DNA of 56,063 nt from Trichinella spiralis. Its lineage: Eukaryota. Location: assembly GCF_000181795.1 (NCBI RefSeq), contig NW_003526948.1, positions 2,538,331-2,594,393 on the forward strand, given 5' to 3'. Positions within the stretch are counted from its first letter, which is position 1, and each line of letters starts with the position of its first letter. Shown here one piece after another: positions 1-10,689 of this stretch. A program made the position numbers and the translations under genes. Under the pieces are notes generated by a model, which saw only the letters and a program-made list of their open reading frames with translations, was not told the DNA's origin and made no database searches.

Positions 1-505
1 GAATTTCAGATTCTTCGCATTCTTCAACCATACGAAGATGACCTGCTCCGGCATATGCAACATGTCTGAGAACTTTTCCAATCCAATCACTTCATTCGCG
101 TCTTCCTGAACTGAAATGTATGCTTTGTCCACCGGTCGCCGAACAGCTCTCCTCATGGCTGATCGCGTCTAATTAGGATGATGCTGGTAACATTCCAGCA
201 GACGGCCGTTATCTGAAGCGGATTAAACCGGTCTTTCAATGCAAATAAACAAAGTGAGAAGGATTAGCCGGTTCCAGGCAATAGCTGATAGAATGTACTG
301 CGGGTTCACTGGTTCAAGAAATGAGTTAGCCACTTCAGCATCTCAGTACAGCTTTACCAATTAACGGAGACTGCATCGCTGAACTGTCGATTCCATCTTC
401 CTAGCAACCAGCAACATCGAAGTGATCACAAAGAGGAATCGTATTCTTTGGACTATCGTTATGTAAGGAGCCCACCGACATAGCTTCCGGTTTGTTCGCG
501 TCCAT
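1..505 (-). CDS. Possible 5' part of a spliced gene running off the left edge; its last segment is homeodomain/HTH-like
   Basis: The minus-strand frame 156->1 is open (MRRAVRRPVDKAYISVQEDANEVIGLEKFSDMLHMPEQVIFVWLKNAKNLKF...). There is a candidate upstream ATG at 505 (MDANKPEAMS) with GT/AG-bounded segments between, and GC is higher than in the flank. The exon structure is not resolved. Confidence 0.35.
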
Positions 506-1830
506 CTTCGTCGGCAATGCAACACGAAAAACTACAGAAACACATCTCTTATCACAAGAACAAAAGCCAAGTTAAGACAAACAACCATACGCGCGAACAA
601 ACTACTAGCTATTCAGAATCAGCTAGTCATCAACATTACCGTATCCCACCGTATGATGTAAGATGAAAATTAAGTTGTCTAAAGTAATTTGCTTTACTTT
701 TGCGAAATTACTAATAAAACACTGTAATATGTCATGGCGGTTTTGTTAAATTAAATTTTTTAATTTCTTTACTTAATGGGAATGCGTTGAAGTTTTGTGT
801 CAAATTTATTCATGTATGCTCGAGAATATGAAAACACTTTTGACAAATAGTTTAAATTTGCCGTGCGATTTATAATTTCATGAAATTTTATTTGTATCTT
901 GAAATTATATCCATTCAGCATTATCATATAATATTCAAGTGAAACAAGCGCTCATGAATTAGAAACTTATTGCTAATCCTTAATTTCTGTGAAATAATTG
1001 TGGAAATGAATTTTTATTTGGTTTCGCTTATTCATTATGCCCCAATTCATGTTTTATCATGTGTTTTGTGAAAAATGCTAATTTCGCTGATGTTTTACAG
1101 TACTCCGCTATATTCTTTATGAATTTTAAGTATCCTTTTGCGTTAATCAGTGCTAAATATCAAACAATTTAGTTAGAATCTTGATCAGTTGATACTAATA
1201 CGCTGTGGCTACGGAAGCTCAGGGAAAATTATTTTAATGATGAATTTCCATCTGAAATTTCTCAGCATGACTTGCATTTCATTTTACTGTATTGAAGTTT
1301 TTTTAATCAAAGTTTCATATTAAAATGAAAATTACATTGGAAAATCAATTTATTTCCTATACTGAAAAACTTTTACAAATGCCCTTTCTTATTATTTTTT
1401 CATTTCGAGACATTTTTGAGAAATTTACAATACTGTAATTTATTATGAAAAAGAAAATACTTTTAGTAATGAATAAATTAAAAAAAAAACGTAACAAAAT
1501 TTTCAAGCGTTTTTCGAAATTTTGACCTTCAACAACTTTTTCTTTCAAGCGAGTGAATTTCACAACATGCAAAGTTGTTTTTGAAAATTGCAAAAAATTC
1601 TTCGAGAAAAAGTCATTTGTAATCGACGTAATGGATATTTGAAATTGATTTCATCTTTCATTATAGTGTGGTTTTGTTTGATCAGAAAAGAAGGAAACAT
1701 GTTACGGTTGATTGATTTTCATACGTATTAAGATGTTGTTGGTGTTGGATATAATCCTCAAAAGCGAGTCATCATTAAAATGTTTACTTCATCATTTTTA
1801 AAAAAGTTTAGTCTAGTTTTCTCAAAGAAT

Positions 1831-2544
1831 TCATTCCTTAATTGTAATGTTCGCCGCAGCATAAATCTTCGCCAAAGTTCGAATGCGATCGTCGTAAGCA
1901 GCACGATTGTCTTTGTACAACTTGTACGCTTCCGCATTCGCTGGACTGCGGATATTTGGCTCGGCGAGCAACGTCTGAACGGATACTAAAATATCCTTTA
2001 ACTGCATCGAAGAACGCCATCCGTCTTCTTGAAGAAGCGAAATACAAACTGATCCGCCGCTGAAAACGTTCGGATGCAAAATTGGTGGAGAAAACCTAGA
2101 AAAGAATCGCAGCATAACAAACAGCACGTTGGTTTTTGGAAAACAAACAATAACAGACCAAATTTTTGCCGGTGGTTTGTACGGATAATTTTCACCGAAC
2201 AAAATGAACAACTTGTACAGGCCACCTTCCCACGGTGTATTTTGCGGCCCTGGAATCCAGCATTCCCATTTACGCAACTCCAAAGTTCCGTCTGACGCAA
2301 CAACCGGCTTCGCAATGAAACCGGGTGGATGATTTTTTCTCCAATTACGTCTTTCTTCAAGTAGACGATTTCGACGAGTGTTCACCTACAACGACAATTC
2401 ACATTCAGTAGATTGTTAGATTTAAAAAATGAAACTGTTTTTTTCAACAACGATTTATCATCGTCGATGTTGAAATAAACTATTATTGTGATTAAAGTAC
2501 AAAAAAATAACATTTACCAAAGATTGCTTGTCACCTTCGGTCAT
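1831..2544 (-). CDS. ubc-9: Ubc9-like SUMO-conjugating E2 (divergent). Exons 2544-2518, 2385-2159, 2095-1831
   Basis: Ubc9-type signatures RLLEERRNWRKNHPPGF, W-ECWIPG, TPWEGGLYKL and HPNVFSGGSVCISLL (catalytic Cys retained), plus EPNIRSPANAEAY. Exon 1 is MTEGDKQSL|gtaaat. A 63-nt in-frame intron (2158-2096, gtctgt...tttctag) explains the 21-aa insertion in the ORF track. Confidence 0.88.
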
Positions 2545-5292
2545 TTTCGCAGAAACTTCTTCTATTCTGACAAATTACCGTACAGTAGTGGCGAGCAAGT
2601 TCTTTACAGTAATTAATAATGAAGTAATTAACCCGATCTGAAAAAGGAATAGTAAAATAATGGTAATCTCGTAGGCATGATAAAAAAAAATTAATCGCAA
2701 AAAATAAAAAATTTTTTTTTCTTTTAATATTTTTAAAATTGATATTTAATTGAAAGAAAGCCTAAGTTTGATGTTGACTTGTTTGTGCAGTGTGTGAAAG
2801 GGTATTTTGCGCATTGGGAGAAGTCTTTCGAGAAAGTTAACAAACGATTCAACGCCTAAATTGTAACATTGTTTTTTCAGTGCAGTAATGATGGGCAGAG
2901 AAGAAAATTTTTTTTTTCTGTATGTTTGTCGTTTCGGATCGTGTAGTTTGAAATTTACCGAACGAAACGAAAATAAGATTGTAAATCAAAGTGGCTGTCG
3001 TTTGTTGGAAAGCGAGCCGACATCTGGGCGTTGGTGATTTATTGTTGCCCAGATAGCGGATGTCAGCGTTGGACAGGAGTCGGACTTTTGACACTGGAGC
3101 GGTGAAATAAATTTTCATCCGGGCGGCCAGATCAAATTTTGGTTTAAAGTCGATTGAACAAAATTGCTACAACAGCCGACAGCTGCCTGTCAACACGCGC
3201 TTTAAGATAAGTTGAGAAGAGCGTCAAAATTGCGTCGGGTGAATAACTGTTCATCCATGCAGACAACAACAACAACAATAACACGAACGTGAAGCTTCTC
3301 TTTTGCTCAACTCTCAGTCGTTGTCCTGTTTGAAAAATAATAATAAATAATCAATATAATAAATAATAATAATTTTTAAAAACAATTTCAAATTTTGTAA
3401 AATTATTTTTGATAAACATTGAATGGTGGAATTGATGGCAATGTGCGAAAATAATTTTTATGCATATCTTTTTGTGCCAACATTTTCAAAAAATTATTTC
3501 CATGGTTACAAGTTTTAATTTTTTTTTTATCATCAAGAAAAATTTGAATATACACCGAAGCAAAGTATGTGGATTTTGAACGTAATTGATTTTGCCGTTT
3601 TGCCAAACGGACCCGTTGTGAAAATATTCTTCCTTGAACGCACGATCAACAACACCAACACGAAGAACGAGAAAATTTGCAAATAATAATAATTTCGTTG
3701 CATAATTTTTTGAAAAAGATTATTATTCGGCGGTTTGTCTAAATTTTGCATAACTTCAATTTTTTCCTATTCGTATCTACTGCATCTATTCGTAATTGTT
3801 TTTTTTCTTCTTTCACAAAACCGGTTTTTGGAGTGATTCTTTGAAATTCTTTCAACTACCACTTGAGCTGACCAAACAGAAAATTTGAAAACCATCTTCT
3901 GAGTTAACATATCCGTAGACTGAAACATTCTTTGAATAACTCTTCTTCTGATTATTTATTCATATAAATAAATATTCTGTTGATCTCAAAAAATGAAAAT
4001 TACACAATTTTTTTTCCTTTTGAAATTAAAATTTAAATTATTTCAATATTTTACAAAGTAGCTTTTCATTTGAAGAAAAGCAAATTCGTCCCCCCCATCG
4101 CCACAACAGCACCATCAACTGCGTGCGCAAAATTCTGATCACCGCCCGCACAACATTGTCGTCTTTTGGCTATTCAACATCGAACTACAACAGTTTTTTT
4201 TCATGACAAAATATCCGAGCTATATATATTTATATGTATATAGTTGTCAGTAATTTTTCAACTGCATTATCTGTTGTTTATTAAAATCGGTGGATCAACA
4301 AAGGCCACCGCCCTTGTGCTCGCTGTTCAAAATTGTCGCATTTCAACTCGACAAGCCAACTTGATTTTTGTTATCCAATCTACTGTGGCAACAATCGTGT
4401 TTGTTTCCCTTAGGTGATATTTGTTTTTTCTTTTATCAAATTGTTCCAAGATTTTTGAAACTTGGAGCAAAATTTCGATGTATATTTTCTAGGAAAAACA
4501 GTTCAATTCCATTTCGCACGTTGCATTGTTTCCATTAACCAAACCAATCGCGACGAGCAACAGCAAAATATGCTCAACAACAACAACAAGAACAGAAAAA
4601 ATATCAAATAATAAAAAACATTAAATAAATTCATTTTAAATTTATTCAAATCAACTCTGTTCATTGTTGTGAGCAATAATATAAACTCTATTGGACAGTT
4701 TCTTTTTTTTGCAATTTACGTCAAACAGCACATGATCATCATCATTGTTGTTGTATTTTAAAATTTAAAAATATACAATCAAGTAAAATGTCAACTAAAT
4801 TTCCATTGTGAACTTTTGGCAATATTTATTTTGATATTTTTTTATCTCGTATAGTAATGTGTCGTTGTTACTTAATCATCATTGTACGATAAGAAGGAAT
4901 GCGTTGCAATTCAGTGTAAATAATTGGATAGATTAATGGCGTGGCGATAAGAAAAGCACATTCCATTTCAAACGCTTATTATAAAATCGTGTTCCGATCG
5001 TGGAAATTTTAATGTACCATTTTTTTTTCTCCACTGCACTGTTCACCGTTACACTTGCCGGCGGTGTAATGTGTCGAGAAATTGCGCAATTTTCAATAAT
5101 TCCAACCCCAACGTTGAACTATTTTCTTCCCATCTCTGTTCAATCTGTTTCAATTGATCATATTTAATTATTGTTTTTCTTTTAAATCGAGCTATTTTTT
5201 TTCCAATTTCAGAACTTTTCGTAACATTCGATAACTTTCGATCGCATTTTATTGCAGAGCATTTGGTGTGATGTGAGCAGTGTTTTCACAGA

Positions 5293-8200
5293 ATGAGCCA
5301 TTCGGACTTGAGCACCCCAATTACGTCACTTTCGCAAGAAACATGGGCACATCTGTACAACGCCATCGGCTTAGACGAGTAACAGCATTGGGCGCTGCGA
5401 TATTTATTTTTTTTTCTTTACGCTTCAAATTTTAATTGTTTTTCTTTTTAAAAAGCAGCTATTTGATGATGGAAGAGTTGGAACAGTTGACACCGGGCTT
5501 GGACGACGTACCGCAAGCGGAGCCGGAATATATAAACTTGGAACCATTGAACCCGCAGACCATGGCTACCAGCGATAATGTATATACATACATTTATTTA
5601 TATATGAATAACTTTCATTTAATCAGACACACACACACACACACAGTGAGACAGAGAGGAAAAAAGAGAGGTCGAATTTCATAAAATAAAAAATATACAT
5701 ATTCATATTTCTTCAGATTTTCGACAACAGTATTCTTTTCGACGATCCGTCAGTGGAAGAGATAGTTGACAGTGATCAGTTGTATGCTTTCACCAACGAT
5801 GACAACCTGCCTGATGCGTTGGTATTGTTCGATTTATTTTTGCCGTTAAAATATTTTGCATGGAAAAAGTTGTGCTTTTCATTTTTTTTATTTTTGCACA
5901 TGCGATAAATGTTCAATTGTATGCTTTGCACGTTTGTTTGTCGATTTTGCACAACAGTAATGTCAAGACGGTAATTTTATTAGCTGCACTGTTTTGCATT
6001 TTTTTTTCATTTTTGAACACGATGGTCGTTTAAAACTGACACTTAATAAGCGTAGTAATAATTTGCACAGATCGTGATAATTCTTGTTAATCGTTCAGCA
6101 CAGTGGCGATGGGGTCGGTTAATCGTCCGTCGTCTGATAACCTATATTGTATTTGATATTTGACAAAACGGTTGCACTTTTGATCCAGCATTTTTGACTT
6201 TATTATTGTTCCACTTGACCTGACCGATCACTTGTTGCCAATCGCTCTCATTACATCCATATTTTCTTAATCATATCAGTATTATGTATTAGGTGAATAA
6301 TAATTTTTTTAAATTATAATAAATCAAACTATACAGCAAGAATAATTTGGTCATCTGAGCAAGTCAACACACGTTTTAATTGCAAACAATTTTCAACGGA
6401 TAAACATTTAGCTACGGTGTCATGTGATAGTTTTAATTTTTATTGTTTTTTTTGTTTCGCTTTTGAAATACATATAAATGATAATAATCACCGCTATCGT
6501 AAAAGATGTTGATAAATTTGTTTCCCTTATGTTGTTGATAAGTTTTCTTTTGCTTTTCTTTTTCTCCTAAACCAAACACCATCTGCTTTGGTGTAATAAA
6601 TTTTTTCACGTTTCAGGATTTCGATCCGGCTATATATCTGACAGATGTTGAACCTACTGACGTAACATCCTTTGCCGCTATAGCTGAAAGTGCCGCAGCA
6701 ACTGTTGTCAAAGATGCGACGATTAATCCAACTGAATCGAACGTTGTAGAATTGTCAAATGTATTTTGTGCTTTGAAGAAAGTGTTTTTGTTGTTTTGCA
6801 TTAATTTTTATTTCAGGTAGGGCTAATGGCAGCGGCACCAATGGAAATGGCACCATCGACGTTGCCCCATGGCGTCAAAACTGACATCACTGATGAACTT
6901 GCACTGCTCAAGTATATTTTATGTTAATTTTTTACTTTAATATTTAAATATATTGAAATTTGTTTCAATAGCACTTCGTACAGCGGTCCGTATGGGTTTC
7001 GAATACAGTTGACCAATTCCGTTTCGACAAGAAAGTCAATTCCATATTTGGTATATAATTTTTTTTATTAAATGAAAATGTTTTGTTTTGATTTGCAATT
7101 TGTGTATACAGTATTCGGCCGAATTGAACAAACTGTATACGAAGATTAATACCGCTTTTCCGGTGAAAATTCGCCTGGAAAATTTGGAACACGGTTTGCC
7201 GGCGAACGCGATCGTACGATTCATGGCAGTTTATGCCCGTGCACAGTATACGTTTGAGCCAGTTTTGCGTTGCATGAATCATCAATCCACTGACAGTAAG
7301 CAGTTATATATATGTATATGTATATGTAGAGAAAAGTGTTATTAAAATTAATCTTTTTCCAGATAGTCCCGTAGCTTGTCATTTTGTTCGATGCCATCAG
7401 TTGAAAGCCATATATATGAAAGATGAACGGAATCATTATTCGGTGTATGTGAAATGGTCCGACTTGGCCGAACAGGAAAACGTAGGCGAGGCGATGTGCG
7501 CGATCAGTTTCTGTTGCTTCAATTCGTGCAGCACTTTATGCCGTCGAGCGATCCAATTGAGTGTCACATTGGAAGACAGGTAGAGTGATGTGCGCAGTTA
7601 TGAAATTATTATTATTATTATGATAAATATGTGTTTTGTCATATTTTCCACCGTCTCAGCGATCACGTCTTGGCACGTCAACTGGTAGGTGTGAAAGTGT
7701 GCGCTTGTCCGAACCGGGACAAAAATTTGGACACTCTACAGTACGAAAAGATGAAGAGAGAAGTGGACTCCGACGACCAGCAGGTGGTGATTTGTCCGAA
7801 ATGTTCGCACACGATGAAACGCAAGATCAGCAGCAACAACAACAACAACAACAATATCCACCAGCCTCACGCTGCTTCAGATTTGGATGATCCGGCTGCC
7901 ACGTTCATCCAACCCAAGCGTATATGCGTCGAGCCGGAGCAGGAAATTTATCTTTTCCGCGTCCAGGGCCGTCAACTGGCGAAAATGTTGTCGAAAATTG
8001 TCGCCGTTTTCTACGCGGCTCGTCGGACCGCCGACAATCAGGGCCCGGTCGACAGGCGCTTCACGCAAAAATTTTTCACCGAATTCGACGGCTCGGCAAG
8101 CATCGAAACGTGAAAAAGAAACTTTTTGTTTATTTGTTTATGTTTATTTATTTATTTGTTTGTTTCGGTTCTAGTTGGCTGAAGGAGATGCGATTGACGA

Positions 8201-8889
8201 AAGTATCGGCGAGGAAATTTTACGAAAAAGATTTTCGCACTTTGGGCGACATTGAAAATTTCACTCTCCAGGTTTTTCGTCATTATGAGAAAAAAAACAC
8301 TTTCACAACAACAACAACAACAATTATTGTTTTTTTTTCCTATTCATTTGTTCGTTTGGTTCAACTTTTCTCATTTTTCTTTTCTTTTCTTTTATAGTTT
8401 ATACTGATTGCCTGTTTGTGGTGGATGATTTGTTTTTGTTGAGAATTTCAAGTATTTCTTTTTCCCCACTCGAATTGCGACATTCACGATATTTTCTTTT
8501 CAATTGTATCCGTTTTATTTTTTGTTTATTTTCAACTTTGTTTTCTTTTTACCGATTACGATATTTTCGAAATGTATCATTTCGCTGTATACTGTAGACA
8601 TGTTGTTGACGTCGATTATGCAAATTTTGAAATTCTAATATCTCCGATTTTTTTTAGTGATTTTTTTTCATTCATTTTTTGTTGTCAGGATTTCAAAAAA
8701 TTAAACATCGGACAAATGGAAGCGACGACTATGCATACGTGGTTGATCCAATGGCGAGCGTTTGAACAAGCGGCCCAGATGAGCAGTTTGGAAACCCCGT
8801 CGTCATTTTCGGCCACCGAACCTCCGCCCCATCCGTCCTCCTATTTGCCTCATCTGTTGACGACGGACCGAAATGAGTACGAATTGTGA
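5293..8889 (+). CDS. p53/p63/p73-family transcription factor (TAD-DBD-OD-SAM). Exons 5293-5378, 5459(or 5456)-5579, 5717-5821, 6617-6760, 6817-6911, 6972-7050, 7112-7295, 7363-7579, 7660-8109, 8175-8271, 8689-8889
   Basis: The spliced frame is continuous with compatible phases. DBD motifs: YSGPYGFRI, YSAELNKLY, VRFMAVY, VLRCMNH (Zn ligands C/H), CFNSCSTLCRRAIQLSVTLED and VKVCACPNRD. OD-like segment EIYLFRVQGRQLAKMLSKIV. SAM-like segment SIETWLKEMRL...FRTLGDIENFTLQDFKKLNI...WLIQWR. N-terminal LSQETWAHLY. Confidence 0.93.
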
Positions 8890-9489
8890 TCCAATCGAAT
8901 TATTGATTTTACTCGACGACCCAGTTGTTGTTGTGGTATGGGTTTGGAATGAGCAGTCGATATGTAAATTTTTTCGTTCATCTCATTTGTTTATTGAAAA
9001 GGAAAAATATGCCCATTTCTGATTTCGATGATGATTATTATTTTTATTATTATGATCGTGTTTGATTTGTTCTGAAAATAGTGCCGTGTAGTTTTTTTTA
9101 AATTTATTTTTTTATTATGCAGCAGATTGCAGCAGTTTGATCGTTTTCAAAGTGGAATTTATGTGATTCCTCTTTTTTTTAATCTACTGATTGGTTGCCT
9201 TGTTTTTGCTTTTTTTTTATAAAAAAATAGTCTTCTAGTCGTTTACCCCCCCCCCCCCCATTCATTCCCTCCAGTATCTTCCCATGCTGCGTAAGCGTAC
9301 ACAATTGTCTACCTGCTTGATCTACCTTTGCCAAGTATTATATTTGCATACAATTCATTCCTATACTACATGCGTGTGTTTGTGTTTCTGTGCGTGTTGC
9401 GAATGTGTGTGTGTGTGTGGTTGCGCGCATGTTCATAAAATTGATGTCATTCCTGCAGTATATTGTGATTTGCATGTGTAGAGTTAGTG

Positions 9490-9495
9490 AATAAA
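9490..9495 (+). other. Candidate polyadenylation signal for the p53-family gene (about 600-nt 3' UTR)
   Basis: AATAAA followed by GT/T-rich sequence downstream of the stop at 8889. Confidence 0.35.
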
Positions 9496-10140
9496 TATTT
9501 GAGCATTTGCCGTTATGTGTTGTTTATAAAATTAAACGAATCTATTCATGTATATGTATATATATAATGATCGACCATTTATTCGGCAGGTAGTGTACAT
9601 ACATAATAAATATTCTTTTAGCGTTTTGCTGTTTATTATGCGGTAAAAATTGACTTTGTTGTTGAATTGATCAACCATTTGAGCTTTTTTTCTAGTTTTG
9701 ATATTTTTCACTGAACAACAAACAACCTATTCTTTGACTCTTTAACTTTCCCTACCAACTTGCAGACTTTTTATACTGCTGTTGTTTACTGGTATTTTTA
9801 TAGTTAGCTGTGACCGGTTCCAGTCCTAGTTAGCATGGTCATGAAGCTATTTATAAAATATACGATGATGATCATTCTTGTGTTTAATTAATAGTAGTAC
9901 TGTTGTTGTTGTTGTTGTTGTTGGCTTTGATCAAGCGTGATGAAGCAAGTACAATGTTGTATATATGCATCAATGCTTGTCTGTTTAGCCAATAGCCGCC
10001 GCAGCTTCTTCGTCGAACTGGTTGTAAAACAGCCTGCCTCGCACTGTTGAAGTTTGTCTAAGCCAACTGGTCGATGCTCTTATTGCTCTCAAAGTTACTT
10101 CTTCTTCTTCTTCTTCTTCTTTTTCAACTTTACAATTATC

Positions 10141-10689
10141 ATGAGCGGTACATCATCGTCGCCAGCTTTCACTAACACGGTAAGTTTGTCAAAAAAATTT
10201 ACATCACCGATTGAAAATTATTTTTTCACAATAATATGCACAATTAATTTGATAGTATATTTTACACTCGTGCATGCGAGCAAATTATATTCTGTCTTGC
10301 TTTTTTTTAATTAGAAGATTTGATTAATAAATGTTCTTTTTATTTTAATTTATCCTGTTCAGAAAAGAGCGATGCCGGTGAAGGATCTGTGCCATCGGTG
10401 TCGACGTCCGACGTATTTCAACGACAAAATTGGACCACTGAAAGACGGCGTATTTTATCACAAAGGTTGTTTCAAATGTTGGCTTTGCGGAAGTCGGCTG
10501 ACGCTGAAAACTTACTGTAACAATCGGAACGACATCACCGATACCGAAGTCTACTGCCAGGGTCACGTGCCCACTCCGATGCCCCACGAACCAATACCGC
10601 ATCGTTCAAATTTATTGTACAGCCCCAAAACTCGTGGCCACAACGCCGACTACAGATCTTCCACGTCCAAATTGCCCCTGTACCCGTGA
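10141..10689 (+). CDS. Small LIM-only protein (122 aa) with an LTD-1/Hillarin-type LIM domain. Exons 10141-10179, 10363-10689
   Basis: MSGTSSSPAFTNT|gtaag splices in phase 0 to ttcag|KRAMPVKDLC. LIM pattern CHRC...HKGCFKCWLC...CQGH. The GPLKD and LKTYCNNRND motifs match my recollection of the LTD-1/Hillarin N-terminal LIM. AATAAA lies about 40 nt after the stop. Confidence 0.85.

Noticed and set aside
7636..7890. Poly-Gln ORF overlapping the p53-family exon
   Set aside because: It is an alternative frame of the (AAC/CAA)n tract; the p53 frame carries the conserved motifs.
9246..9259. Poly-C run and nearby (GT)n, (GTT)n and (CTT)n tracts
   Set aside because: Ordinary simple repeats in UTR or intergenic DNA.
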